Assembly (NCBI GenBank): GCA_002869165.1
Contig: PKTK01000006.1
Span: 2,127 to 66,126 of the forward strand
DNA: 64,000 bases
DNA from: Candidatus Parcubacteria bacterium
Lineage (GTDB): Bacteria > Patescibacteriota > Patescibacteriia > Patescibacteriales > UBA12075
Direction: 5' to 3'
Made by a program: the position numbers and the translations under genes. The notes under the pieces were generated by a model. That model was not told the origin of the DNA. It was given only the letters and a program-made list of their open reading frames with translations, and did no database searches. Positions 19,071 to 28,972 of this stretch are shown here, in pieces. How positions within the stretch are numbered: position 1 is the first letter of the stretch; each line of letters starts with the position of its first letter.

Positions 19071-22011
19071 AACTTTTATTAAATAGTTCCGCTTCCTTAT
19101 GTAACTTGTATCGCAATAAGGTTTTTCTTAAAGCTTTTTGGACTTCACGCTCTCCTGCGTTTGTGGTTTGCCACCCCGGAAACCTTACTATTTTCACTAT
19201 CTCATCTATATCATTAACGATTTTTTCAACAATGGCAGGAGTGGCATCAGTTTTTGATTCAAGAAATAATTCGGTTAGTGCTGTCTTCGCGTTTTTGCGC
19301 TCATCCTCTGTTTGGACATCTTTCTCTGCAACCACCACATCACGCGCCAAAGACACTAATTGTTTTAGGAAATCTACACTATTGATAAGTCCTTTCATAG
19401 CCTGATCTCGTAACTTCTCAAGGCGCTCAGACAAGGCAACAAATTGTGGATTATTCTTGTGTTTTTTTAACCGACGTATTAATTCCTTCTCAATCTCTTT
19501 CCCCTTCTCATCTGTATTTCCTTCAGTTAGTGTCTCAATCATGTTCGAATCAAGAATGATTTTATCAAGATCGTCATTCACTACGCCCACTTTCATGTGA
19601 TCATGCATTAATTTTGTAGTCTGAGCACCTAACGCGTGCCAAAGCAAACGCCCGGTATCATCAGATGCGGGCTTAATAGATTGGTAGACTTGCGATAACC
19701 AACGATAGTCTTTTTCATATCGATTAAGGACTGGGTCTGGTGAAACTGACTCCCATATTTTCGACAAAAACACATAGTCTGCAGCAAAAGAATCTTTCTT
19801 CTTATCAGTATTAACACAATCTTGGGCTAACTGAAGACCTTCAAATCCCTCTATACCACGATCTACGCCAGGAAAATGCTTTAGACATTTATCAGTTGCC
19901 TCTGGCAAGATCATTCTTAACTCACTAATATTTGTTACTATAGACTTAACTCGCTCATCATCAAATTCTAACGACTTAGCAACATCATCAAACACTCCAT
20001 AATAATCAACTATTAATCCATGGCTCTTGTCCTTATAAACTCTGTTTGTGCGACAAATTGCTTGAAGCAAACCATGGTCTTTCATTGACTTATCAAGGTA
20101 CATGCACTGCAATATAGGAGCATCAAACCCAGTCAGAAGCTTTGCTGTTACAATTAAAAATTTTAAAGAACTTGAAGGGTCTCGATATGTTTCCAACAAT
20201 CGCTCTTCTTGATCTTTTGATAACTCATACTTGCGCCTAAATTCCAGTTCATCGCTTGCTGAAGTTGATATCACTACTGCAGACGCATCTTCAGGAAACA
20301 ACTTATCAAGTTCTTTTTTATAAATATCACAAGCATACCTATCAGGTGTAACTATCATAGCTTTTAATCCCTGGGGTTCTACTTTAAGTTTATAATGCGA
20401 TGCAATATCCTGGGCAATCATACTAACTCGTTTAGGTGACTTTAAAAAAGCGGACATCTTAGCAGCATGATCAATCAATTGCTTTCTCTCTTTGTCAGAC
20501 AGATGTTGTGTTAATTCAATAAAAGATTTATCTACTCCTACTTTATCAAAATGTATATCAAGTAAACGCGGTTCAAAATGCAACTTCAATGTAGCTCCGT
20601 CATCAACTGATTCTTGAAACGAATATAAAGACATATATCCTCCACTATCTTCAGGGGAACCAAAAGCATAAAATGTATTTCGATCGGCTTTGTTTATTGG
20701 AGTACCTGTTAAACCAAATAAGAAAGCGTTTGGAATAGCAGACCTCATTTTTCTTCCCAAATCTCCTTCCTGAGTTCTGTGTGCCTCATCAACTAGCACG
20801 ATAATATTCTCTCGTTCATTTAATGGTCCGTCCACTTCACGGAATTTATGCATCATAGTAATTATAATTTTCCTTGTATCTTGTTTTAATTTTTCCATTA
20901 GATCTTTTATCGAATCAGCCGGAACAACGTTGGGTATTTCTGTCACACTAAAATTGTTTGACATCTGGCTATCTAAATCTTGCCGATCAATAACCACAAG
21001 CACAGTAGGACTTTTTAATTCTGGATCCTTTCTAAGTTTTTGAGCAGCGAACACAATTAAGTATGATTTTCCAGACCCCTGAAAGTGCCATATGAGACCC
21101 TGCTTCGTCTTGCCCTCTTTAACCCTGTCTACTATCTTGTTAGCTCCTTCGTATTGTTGGTAACGGCTTATTACTTTTATTCTTCGATTCTTTTTATCCG
21201 TTGCATAAAGTGTAAAATTTTGAATAAGATCTAATAAAACCTCCGGTCTAAATTGATCTTTGATAGCCGCATCTATTTCCTTTAGCTCGGTGTGTTTCCT
21301 TTTCACCTCTTCAGTTTTCCAGGGACCCCACAGTTCCAAAGGCATTCGCACAGAACCATAACGATAAGTCTTTCCTTCTGTGGCAAAAGAAAAAAGATTT
21401 GGAACAAAAAGTTGTGGAATAGTATTCTCATAATCATCATGAATATCGACAGCTCCGTCCAACCAGGATATAGCTGGTCGTACAGGAGTTTTTAACTCTC
21501 CGACTACTATCGGGATGCCATTGACTAAGAACACAATATCAGGTCGCTTCTCGGTTTTCCCGATAACTGTATATTGGTTAGTAACTATAAAAGAATTGTT
21601 ATTTATATTTTCAAAATCTATTAAGTATATTGGAACATGTTGATTATTCTCTCCAAAAGGCATAGTTTTTTCTCCTGTCAACCACTTCGAAAACTCTTCA
21701 TTTGCTTTTACTAAACCAACAGAATCAACTGACAGTAAAATAGTTTTTAATTTATATAACACTTCTTCAGCTAATTCGGGCCGTTTCGTTATATCGGGAT
21801 TAATCTTTACCAACGCCTCTCTTAACTCAAGCTCCGCTAAAACATCTTCTGGATCTCTTTTTAAATCATTTGCCGCTCTATATTTCCAAAGATAATCGCC
21901 ATATACCGAAGATAGTTCGACTGTTTCTGTACTTTCTGAAGTGTCTATTTTTACTCCAGAAATTCTATAAATCAAATATGATTCAATTGTATTTAATTCA
22001 TTGAAAGCCAT
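19045..22011 (-). CDS. hsdR: type I restriction enzyme R subunit
   Basis: 988 aa with helicase motif I HFQGSGKS and a DEAH box (VLVDEAHRTQ). Its position after hsdM/hsdS fits. Confidence 0.9.
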   Translation of the reverse strand: MAFNELNTIESYLIYRISGVKIDTSESTETVELSSVYGDYLWKYRAANDLKRDPEDVLAELELREALVKINPDITKRPELAEEVLYKLKTILLSVDSVGLVKANEEFSKWLTGEKTMPFGENNQHVPIYLIDFENINNNSFIVTNQYTVIGKTEKRPDIVFLVNGIPIVVGELKTPVRPAISWLDGAVDIHDDYENTIPQLFVPNLFSFATEGKTYRYGSVRMPLELWGPWKTEEVKRKHTELKEIDAAIKDQFRPEVLLDLIQNFTLYATDKKNRRIKVISRYQQYEGANKIVDRVKEGKTKQGLIWHFQGSGKSYLIVFAAQKLRKDPELKSPTVLVVIDRQDLDSQMSNNFSVTEIPNVVPADSIKDLMEKLKQDTRKIIITMMHKFREVDGPLNERENIIVLVDEAHRTQEGDLGRKMRSAIPNAFLFGLTGTPINKADRNTFYAFGSPEDSGGYMSLYSFQESVDDGATLKLHFEPRLLDIHFDKVGVDKSFIELTQHLSDKERKQLIDHAAKMSAFLKSPKRVSMIAQDIASHYKLKVEPQGLKAMIVTPDRYACDIYKKELDKLFPEDASAVVISTSASDELEFRRKYELSKDQEERLLETYRDPSSSLKFLIVTAKLLTGFDAPILQCMYLDKSMKDHGLLQAICRTNRVYKDKSHGLIVDYYGVFDDVAKSLEFDDERVKSIVTNISELRMILPEATDKCLKHFPGVDRGIEGFEGLQLAQDCVNTDKKKDSFAADYVFLSKIWESVSPDPVLNRYEKDYRWLSQVYQSIKPASDDTGRLLWHALGAQTTKLMHDHMKVGVVNDDLDKIILDSNMIETLTEGNTDEKGKEIEKELIRRLKKHKNNPQFVALSERLEKLRDQAMKGLINSVDFLKQLVSLARDVVVAEKDVQTEDERKNAKTALTELFLESKTDATPAIVEKIVNDIDEIVKIVRFPGWQTTNAGEREVQKALRKTLLRYKLHKEAELFNKSYEYIKEYY

Positions 22012-22012
22012 A

Positions 22013-23197
22013 TTAAAATATTGAATTAATTATATTAGTATTTATTTTTTTCACATCACTATAATAATCAATTAAATTTATAATTTTACTATCAATATCA
22101 TTGATAAAGTCAGTAATTCTTTCTTGTTCCTTTATTGGTGGCATTAAAAGGGGAAATTTTTTAATACTTTTTTCCTTAATTGCAGTAATACCAGTGGTTC
22201 CTACAGTATATTTTTTAATCAAATATTTATATTCCATTGAATTAAACTTGTGAAAAAGAAAATTTGTATTTACATCTTTATCTTTATTTCTAATAACCAA
22301 AACAAAGCTATCAGCGAAGTAACCATTATCAATATTGAACAAACAAGTTCTGCCCAAAGTTCCTTGTCCACCTGTATTAAATAGAATATCGCCATTTTGA
22401 AGCATTTTTTCTTTAACATTATTAAAATCAATATTTATCTTAGCTATCCTTTCCGCTTTTACACCTTCTGGAAATACCGCTCCCGATGGGATCAACTTAT
22501 ATTTTCCGTTTGAACTCTTTTCCGCGTTCACTCCTTTAAACCATTTAATTTCAAATGAACCCAGAACCCCTGTTTTCCAATTTGATGGAGTATTATTTGT
22601 ATACTTACCCTTCGCTAGATTATCATAACCAATCAATAATAATTTCTGTGAAACAACGTCTTTATATGTCTTTAAGCTGTTAATGCAATTTAAAGTGTTT
22701 TCTCGCAAATCGTCTACAGATTTTATTAATTCTAAAAAATCTTTTTGCTGCTTTATGGGTGGCAATAAAAAATTTTGTTTTGAAAGAATGTTCCATTTTA
22801 TGGTTGGTGACAATGACCCCTCCGAAATATCAATTGCTCTATGCATAAAACTATCAGAGTGTAAAAAAAATGGAAATAATTCTGGTAAGATAACATTTGA
22901 CTTTGCTCGTAAAACCATAGAATGTGCAGAACAAATACCATTAAAAGTTGCTATTGCGGCTTTCCTTTGATATGCTCTTCGTTTGCCAAAAATAACATCT
23001 CCTTTATAAATTTTCAACTTCGTCCCAATGACATCAGAAGGATGCCCGTGCCTCTTAATGTGGATTGAATTAGAATCTAAATGTTCAAGCCCAACATAAA
23101 TCTCTGATTCACTTTCGATCGGTTCTACTCTTTCAGAAATATTCTCTGAAATATCATTAAATCTATATTTGTTCCAATTCTGTTTATTTATTTTCAT
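22013..23197 (-). CDS. hsdS: type I R-M specificity subunit
   Basis: 394 aa with two half-repeats, each ending in the conserved spacer helix (LLPPIKQQKDF... and LLMPPIKEQERI...). Confidence 0.85.
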   Translation of the reverse strand: MKINKQNWNKYRFNDISENISERVEPIESESEIYVGLEHLDSNSIHIKRHGHPSDVIGTKLKIYKGDVIFGKRRAYQRKAAIATFNGICSAHSMVLRAKSNVILPELFPFFLHSDSFMHRAIDISEGSLSPTIKWNILSKQNFLLPPIKQQKDFLELIKSVDDLRENTLNCINSLKTYKDVVSQKLLLIGYDNLAKGKYTNNTPSNWKTGVLGSFEIKWFKGVNAEKSSNGKYKLIPSGAVFPEGVKAERIAKINIDFNNVKEKMLQNGDILFNTGGQGTLGRTCLFNIDNGYFADSFVLVIRNKDKDVNTNFLFHKFNSMEYKYLIKKYTVGTTGITAIKEKSIKKFPLLMPPIKEQERITDFINDIDSKIINLIDYYSDVKKINTNIINSIF

Positions 23198-24641
23198 AAT
23201 TAAATATATTATTAATTTCAGATTTAATACTGTTTGATTTTTTTTTCCATTCTTTAATAAATTTTTTTATGTCAATTTCTTTGCTATAGTTTTTATAATT
23301 TCCAACGTTTGAGATATATAACGATATTGTAAGATTTGAATCGAACTTTAAAATTTCATCGATACTTACAATCTTCGCAAATCCTTCAATGTCCATATAA
23401 TTTTTATATGCTTTATATATTTTTGAAATATTTATATCTGTTAGGTAGCTAAGTCCATTAAAATTTTCTACATCGTTTATAGCATTAATGAAAAAAATAT
23501 TGTTTTTTTGCTTTTTTATTTTGTTATTTTTACAAATAAGCAAACAAGCTTCCATAGGAGAGTTGTAAAACAAATTTGGACCTAAACCTATTACAGCTTC
23601 AATCAAGTCAGCCTCAATTAATTTTCTTCTGATTTCTTTTTCTTGATCTCTAAATAATATTCCGTGAGGCCAAAGCACTACTGACCGACCATATTTTTTA
23701 TCCGAACTCTTTAATATATGCTGTTGAAAAGCATAGTCTGCGCACCCCTGAGGTGGAGTACCAAACATATTTCTACCATAAGGATCATGCTCAAAAGAAT
23801 TTCTATCCCAACGCTTAATCGAGTAAGGTGGATTAGCAAGTATTACATTAAACTTTTTAAGTTCATCGTTTTCTATAAAAGCTGGGTTTTTAAGTGTATC
23901 CCCTCTATCAATTTGAAAATCTTCAATCCCATGCATAAACATATTCATCCTAGCTATTGAAGATGTTATTAGATTTATTTCTTGACCATATAGTTTTAAC
24001 GAACGAAATTCTTTACCCTGTCTTTTTAACTCAAGAGCACAATTCAAAAGCATACCTCCTGAACCACAGGTTGGATCATAAACACTTTCTCCAGGTTTTG
24101 GATCCATTAATTTTGTCATTAATTGCACTACTGTTCTGTTTGTATAAAATTCAGCAGCTGTGTGACCGCTGTCATCTGCGAATTTCTTAATTAAAAATTC
24201 ATATCCATCGCCCAGTTTGTCATCAGGTACATTTTGAATTGTTAACTTTTTTTGAGAAAAATGTTCTATCAGATCAATTAATATTTCATCAGATAGCCTT
24301 TGCTTATTAGTCCATGCGGCATCACCAAAAATGCCATACAACACATCCTTGTTTGTCTTTTCAATAGTCTCCATGGCTTTCTGTATCGCCATTCCTATAT
24401 TTTTACTTATCCGTCTGATGTCTTTCCAGTGAGATCCTTCAGGTATTTTAAATCGATGATATTCAGCATAATCATTTCCAGTCTCTTTTTCAGATAACTC
24501 TTTTTCTTCGTCAAAGACATCGCATATACGTTTGTAAAAAAGTAACGGGAATATATACTGTTTATAATCACCAGGATCAATTACTCCTCGCAAAAGAGTT
24601 GCCGCGCCCCATAAATAATTTTCTAATTCATTTTGTTTCAT
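23184..24641 (-). CDS. hsdM: type I R-M methyltransferase subunit, paralog 2
   Basis: 485 aa with an HsdM N-terminal pattern (YIFPLLFYKRI), motif I DPTCGSGGML and motif IV NPPYS. It has EFYTNR where the paralog has EFYTPR. Confidence 0.9.
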   Translation of the reverse strand: MKQNELENYLWGAATLLRGVIDPGDYKQYIFPLLFYKRICDVFDEEKELSEKETGNDYAEYHRFKIPEGSHWKDIRRISKNIGMAIQKAMETIEKTNKDVLYGIFGDAAWTNKQRLSDEILIDLIEHFSQKKLTIQNVPDDKLGDGYEFLIKKFADDSGHTAAEFYTNRTVVQLMTKLMDPKPGESVYDPTCGSGGMLLNCALELKRQGKEFRSLKLYGQEINLITSSIARMNMFMHGIEDFQIDRGDTLKNPAFIENDELKKFNVILANPPYSIKRWDRNSFEHDPYGRNMFGTPPQGCADYAFQQHILKSSDKKYGRSVVLWPHGILFRDQEKEIRRKLIEADLIEAVIGLGPNLFYNSPMEACLLICKNNKIKKQKNNIFFINAINDVENFNGLSYLTDINISKIYKAYKNYMDIEGFAKIVSIDEILKFDSNLTISLYISNVGNYKNYSKEIDIKKFIKEWKKKSNSIKSEINNIFNYENK

Positions 24642-26131
24642 AGTAGGTCAAACTTTTTTAATTGTTTTTTAAAATATTTTTCAGAATCCCACATCTTTTG
24701 TATTGTTATATTTGCCTGCTTTTTTACATCGTCTATTTTAGGTAAAAAATCTTCGATTTCTTTTTCTATATATAATGGAATGCTCAAACTATAATCGTTA
24801 TCCTTGACTTCTTTTAGGCTGGCAATATGTACATAATTTTTTACTTCCGCATATTTATCGTACCATTTATAAATTTGTATAATATGTTTTTTTTCTAAAA
24901 AATTTTGTGCTCGTCCAGTTTTCATTTGCTCACTAGCATCAATAAAGATTATTTTATTAATTTTATTTCTCACTTTCTGTTTTCTTAAAACAATAATACA
25001 TGGAGCAAGGGTAGTACCATAAAATATATTAGACCCTAAACCAATCACTGCTTCAATTAAATCATTCTGAATAATTGATTTGCGTATTTTACCCTCCTTC
25101 CCTTCTCTAGTAAGGGCTCCCTGAGGAAGAACCACTGCCATTCTGCCTACGATTGATTCCATGGAACTAATCATATGTTGTACCCAGGCATAATCCCCGT
25201 TCGAATCATTGGGAACTCCAAATAAATTCCTTCCAAATGGATCGGGCTCCCACTTTTTTGAACCCCACTTCTTCAATGAAAAAGGTGGATTAGCAACGAC
25301 ACAATTAAACTTTGCTAATTTGTCACCATCAAAAAAAGCTGGGTCTCTTAAAGTATCTCCTCGTATAATATTAAAATCTTCAATCCCATGCAAAAACATA
25401 TTCATCCTCACAATGGTTGAAGTAGTCAAGTTCTTTTCCTGACCATAAAGCTTTAAGGTCCTTGCGTCTTTACCAGATTCTTTAATGTGATGACTAGCCT
25501 CTAAAAGCATGCCGCCAGTACCACAAGCAGGATCATAAACCTTATCCCCCTCCTTGGGATCAAGAATGTTTATCATCAAACTAACCACATTTCTTGGTGT
25601 ATAAAACTCTCCTGCTTTTTTGTTTGTTAAATCTGCGAAATGTTTTATCAAATATTCATATGCCTGGCCCAACATATCAGGCTCTACATTTTGATTTGTT
25701 AATTCATATTTAGAAAAATGCTCGATCAAATCAATCAATAATTCGTCTGATAATTTTTCCTTATTACTCCATTGAGTATCACCAAAAATACCATATAAAA
25801 ATTCCTGATTCGTTTTTTCGATTTCTCTAAAAGCATATTGAAGCTTCTGTCCAACATTTATAGTTGTTTCCCTGACATCACGCCAATGACATCCTTCGGG
25901 AATCGTAAATCTATGAAATTCTGGTAATGTTGCATATTCCTCATCTCCGCCTGACTCCTTTAAAGCTTGCTTATATTCTTCTTCGTATACATCTGATATA
26001 CGTTTATAAAATAAAAGTGGAAATATATATGCCTTAAAATCAGCAGCATCTACTGGTCCTTTTAAAATCCAAGCAGCCTTAGCTAAGTACTGTTCAAGTT
26101 GTGATAAAGATATTTGTGTATCCTTAGGCAT
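24638..26131 (-). CDS. hsdM: type I R-M methyltransferase subunit, paralog 1
   Basis: 497 aa with YIFPLLFYKRI, GEFYTPR, DPACGTGGML and NPPFS. It overlaps paralog 2 by 4 nt. Confidence 0.9.
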   Translation of the reverse strand: MPKDTQISLSQLEQYLAKAAWILKGPVDAADFKAYIFPLLFYKRISDVYEEEYKQALKESGGDEEYATLPEFHRFTIPEGCHWRDVRETTINVGQKLQYAFREIEKTNQEFLYGIFGDTQWSNKEKLSDELLIDLIEHFSKYELTNQNVEPDMLGQAYEYLIKHFADLTNKKAGEFYTPRNVVSLMINILDPKEGDKVYDPACGTGGMLLEASHHIKESGKDARTLKLYGQEKNLTTSTIVRMNMFLHGIEDFNIIRGDTLRDPAFFDGDKLAKFNCVVANPPFSLKKWGSKKWEPDPFGRNLFGVPNDSNGDYAWVQHMISSMESIVGRMAVVLPQGALTREGKEGKIRKSIIQNDLIEAVIGLGSNIFYGTTLAPCIIVLRKQKVRNKINKIIFIDASEQMKTGRAQNFLEKKHIIQIYKWYDKYAEVKNYVHIASLKEVKDNDYSLSIPLYIEKEIEDFLPKIDDVKKQANITIQKMWDSEKYFKKQLKKFDLL

Positions 26132-26311
26132 AATTTAATATATAAAAAATAAATAAAAAAAGAATTGAATTGATTTAATTCTCTTTTAATTTACCACTTT
26201 TTAATACCTTAAGTCAAGGTCAAAATCGCTAATTCTCGCTGAAAACTAGGGTGTTTTGTCAAGTGTTAGGTATAATTTACCGTGTAGATTGATATAAATT
26301 ATACGACAACA

Positions 26312-26349
26312 ACAAAAAAGCCGAGGAATTCATATTGAATACCCCGGCT
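26312..26349 (-). terminator. rho-independent terminator-like hairpin
   Basis: The minus strand reads GCCGGGG-(15 nt)-CCTCGGC followed by TTTTTTGTTG, 9 nt after the stop of the 26358..26696 gene. Confidence 0.55.
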
Positions 26350-26357
26350 TTAATGAT

Positions 26358-26696
26358 TTATGCCTGCTTTGTATACCTACAATTCGGATAAGACTTACAT
26401 CCATAGAAGAATCCATTGCGCCCGCTTCTCTGGACAAGCTTGTTCCCGCACTCAGGACAAGTGCTAGACTCATCTTCCTCATCTGGGAATAAATCATTAG
26501 CTGTAATTCTTTTCGGTTCCGGTTCTGCGCCAATGCTAGCCTGACTATCCATATGGTTCTTTAATTGACTAAAAAGCTGAATAGCTTCGGCGACATCGTC
26601 TGTCCTGATATTAAGAAGTGTACTACGCTCAAGAATGTTTCCAAGCGCATCTGTTTTGACTGACCCATTGATTTGGATTTTGTTAATTGTTTCCAT
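26358..26696 (-). CDS. protein with C-terminal topoisomerase-type C4 zinc finger
   Basis: 112 aa. CPECGNKLVQRSGRNGFFYGCKSYPNCRY matches the Topo C4 finger pattern. Confidence 0.65.
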   Translation of the reverse strand: METINKIQINGSVKTDALGNILERSTLLNIRTDDVAEAIQLFSQLKNHMDSQASIGAEPEPKRITANDLFPDEEDESSTCPECGNKLVQRSGRNGFFYGCKSYPNCRYTKQA

Positions 26697-26700
26697 AATT

Positions 26701-26862
26701 TTAATCCGTCTTTAGACCGCACCGACGACAAACCGAGAAGTAATAAACTTCATCGTTCTCATAATCGAAAGCCGGAACTGTAAGAAACTTATGATTACAG
26801 TTTCTTTGTTTAACTTTTTCAACTTTGATTACAGCAGTGTCGATACTTAATTGTTTAGACAT
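26701..26862 (-). CDS. possible 53-aa zinc-ribbon-like peptide
   Basis: My hand translation gives MSKQLSIDTAVIKVEKVKQRNCNHKF...VCRRCGLKTD. The stop lies 4 nt before the next gene's ATG. It is below the track cutoff. Confidence 0.3.
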   Translation of the reverse strand: MSKQLSIDTAVIKVEKVKQRNCNHKFLTVPAFDYENDEVYYFSVCRRCGLKTD

Positions 26863-26949
26863 TGTATTATTAAATTAATTATAAAGTGAAGGAAAGCTAG
26901 AATAAGTAATACCCTAGCTAACCACTCACCAATTTCCCTAGCGCCCACG

Positions 26950-27210
26950 CTAAACTTTAGTTACCTGACTGGAAACGAAATCCATTCCATCCAGAAAGTA
27001 ATTAAATACTGAGGATCTATTAGCCTCGTCTTTAGTCATGAGTTCTCCTTGTCCCGATAACACGTAGTCATCAAACAAGCCGGGAACGTTGCGATTAAAT
27101 CGCGTTCGTAGGTCGCAGTCGGAAGCAATCCGGGCAACCACGCTTTTTATATCCATTAGTTTTACTTTATGAATTATAAAACCGCCCTGTGTTAGAGCGG
27201 TTATTAGCAC
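26950..27210 (-). CDS. hypothetical protein
   Basis: 86 aa ORF starting 9 nt after the upstream stop. An alternative start is MDIKSVV. Confidence 0.4.
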   Translation of the reverse strand: MLITALTQGGFIIHKVKLMDIKSVVARIASDCDLRTRFNRNVPGLFDDYVLSGQGELMTKDEANRSSVFNYFLDGMDFVSSQVTKV

Positions 27211-27219
27211 GACAAGACT

Positions 27220-27510
27220 TTAAGTCTCAATCTTTGATACCTGTTTATGATAAAAAAGATTTACGACTCTTGGATAACGGGTTACGACGTTGCCATTATC
27301 ATCCGTCTTCTCAACAATTGTAGTTGACTTGAGAGCTTTCTCTCCTTTATTAACCTTGTAACCGGCTTTGGCCCAGCTACGAAAAGTTAATGCATTAGAA
27401 TAGGGGTCGTAATTAGCTACTTCCTCCTCGCCCCATCTGTCTGCAATTTGTGCTGCTACTCGACGATAGGTCTCTTGTGAGCCGCGATAAGTTGATCTTG
27501 GTTTTTCCAT
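27220..27510 (-). CDS. ArdC N-terminal-domain-like (ssDNA-binding, antirestriction-type) protein
   Basis: 96 aa. ALTFRSWAKAGYKVNKGEKALKSTTIV resembles the W..G..V.KGEK core of the ArdC_N domain. The protein is short, so this is domain-level only. Confidence 0.45.
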   Translation of the reverse strand: MEKPRSTYRGSQETYRRVAAQIADRWGEEEVANYDPYSNALTFRSWAKAGYKVNKGEKALKSTTIVEKTDDNGNVVTRYPRVVNLFYHKQVSKIET

Positions 27511-27685
27511 ACGATTGTTAACTTAATAATTAGTAACGCCCCCAAATTTGTCGACCTTTAAAAAAATAATTAAGGGGTCAATACTATATGCCCATCCGCT
27601 TCCGATACCGTTGGAACAGATATTGTTTATATTAAATAAAAAAAAGACCATCAGTATAAAACTAATGATCATATTGTGTGGTTGT

Positions 27686-27714
27686 GGACACCAAAGACGC
27701 CATGGACGCCATCC
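27686..27714 (+). repeat. tandem GGACRCC-type short repeats (cluster 1)
   Basis: GGACACCAAA-GACGCCAT-GGACGCCAT in the 528-nt non-coding gap downstream of the integrase. Confidence 0.5.
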
Positions 27715-28017
27715 TAGCTACAAAAAAGGGCCTCCCCCCGAGGTCTAAAAGAGTAGATACCAGGAAGTCTGGGTATATTCAAGCCTATTTTTTTTATAAC
27801 ACCAAAAACACGAACATGCGTTCGTATTTAAATCATAAAAAGTGTGTAAAAAGTATAGCAAACTTATAGCATTTCTTATGCAAAGTTATATTGGCTATTA
27901 AATAACTAATATTAAATAAAACAATAGCAAATTTATTCTTATAGCCGGCTTTAACGTGGTAACAAGCTTGTGGGAATAAACAAAACACCCCTTCTCCCCC
28001 TAGAATCTAGTCATGAA

Positions 28018-28035
28018 AGACGTGAAGGACGTGAA
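28018..28035 (+). repeat. tandem (A/G)GACGTGAA repeats (cluster 2)
   Basis: AGACGTGAA-GGACGTGAA, ending 3 nt before the integrase stop codon. Confidence 0.5.
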
Positions 28036-28038
28036 AAA

Positions 28039-28932
28039 CTACATATTATTTAGTGGATGCTTGATGATTTGACCTCTTAAATGCTCTGCGCTTGCTGATA
28101 AATAGATGGTTGTTGTCTTAATATCAGAGTGCCCCATCATTCTAGACAAGGAATAGATATCACATCCCCCTTCAAGCATAAGTGTGGCAAAGGTATGTCT
28201 AAGCTTATGACTAGAGAACTTTATACCAGAAGCTTCCTTTATCTTCTCAATCAAACGTTTTAAACCTATCTTTGTAAAACCCATATCCCTGTTTAAAGAA
28301 GTAAAAAACTCCGGACAGGTCTTTTTAAGTCTCGTTCTTTCACGCAAGTATGTTTTTAGTATTTCCGCCAAGCGGTAGTTCATAGGAATAATTCTATCTT
28401 TACTCCCTTTTCCTTGTCTTACAAATATTGTTAAGTTTTCCAGATCAACATCAGCAAACTTTAAATTCAATAGTTCTTGTCGCCTCAGCCCGGCGAAAAT
28501 AAAGGTGGCAAATATTGCATGGTTTCTATATCTAAGAAATGTATAGGGGTAAGGATAATTATAAGCTACCTCCAAGAGCCGAATCGCATCCTGTTTGGTT
28601 AGCTTGGGTGGTAAAGATTTTGTTAGCTTAGGAACTTCTATGTCCTCTATCGGGTTGAAAGATATATGCTTTTCCTTGATACACCAAGTAAAGAAAACAT
28701 TAAGAGTGTTATGGTAGCTAATAAAGGTAGCGGGTTTCCATTTGTATTTTGTTCTCCCGGTAACGAAGAAAGCCTTAACTCTAGAATCATCTAGCTGAGA
28801 CATGCGCCTAATTTTTGTACGGTTACAAAAAATCTGTACCACTTGGTTATAGCGATATGTAGTATCCGGAGACAAACCCCGAATATATTTAGCATGATCA
28901 CAGAACTGTTGAACTAATATTTTTATATCCAT
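28039..28932 (-). CDS. tyrosine integrase, tRNA-adjacent (paralog of 7149..8042)
   Basis: 297 aa with HKLRHTFATLMLEGG...GHSDIKTTTIYL. It lies immediately downstream of the tRNA-Thr copy C terminator. Confidence 0.9.
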   Translation of the reverse strand: MDIKILVQQFCDHAKYIRGLSPDTTYRYNQVVQIFCNRTKIRRMSQLDDSRVKAFFVTGRTKYKWKPATFISYHNTLNVFFTWCIKEKHISFNPIEDIEVPKLTKSLPPKLTKQDAIRLLEVAYNYPYPYTFLRYRNHAIFATFIFAGLRRQELLNLKFADVDLENLTIFVRQGKGSKDRIIPMNYRLAEILKTYLRERTRLKKTCPEFFTSLNRDMGFTKIGLKRLIEKIKEASGIKFSSHKLRHTFATLMLEGGCDIYSLSRMMGHSDIKTTTIYLSASAEHLRGQIIKHPLNNM

Positions 28933-28960
28933 ACAAAAAAGCCTGCAGTATTATCCGCAG
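28933..28960 (-). terminator. hairpin plus T-tract between tRNA-Thr copy C and the integrase ATG
   Basis: The minus strand reads CTGCGG-ATAATA-CTGCAG (one G-U pair) followed by GCTTTTTTGT and then the ATG at 28932. The architecture matches 8043..8068. Confidence 0.45.
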
Positions 28961-28972
28961 ACTTTTTCTTTG

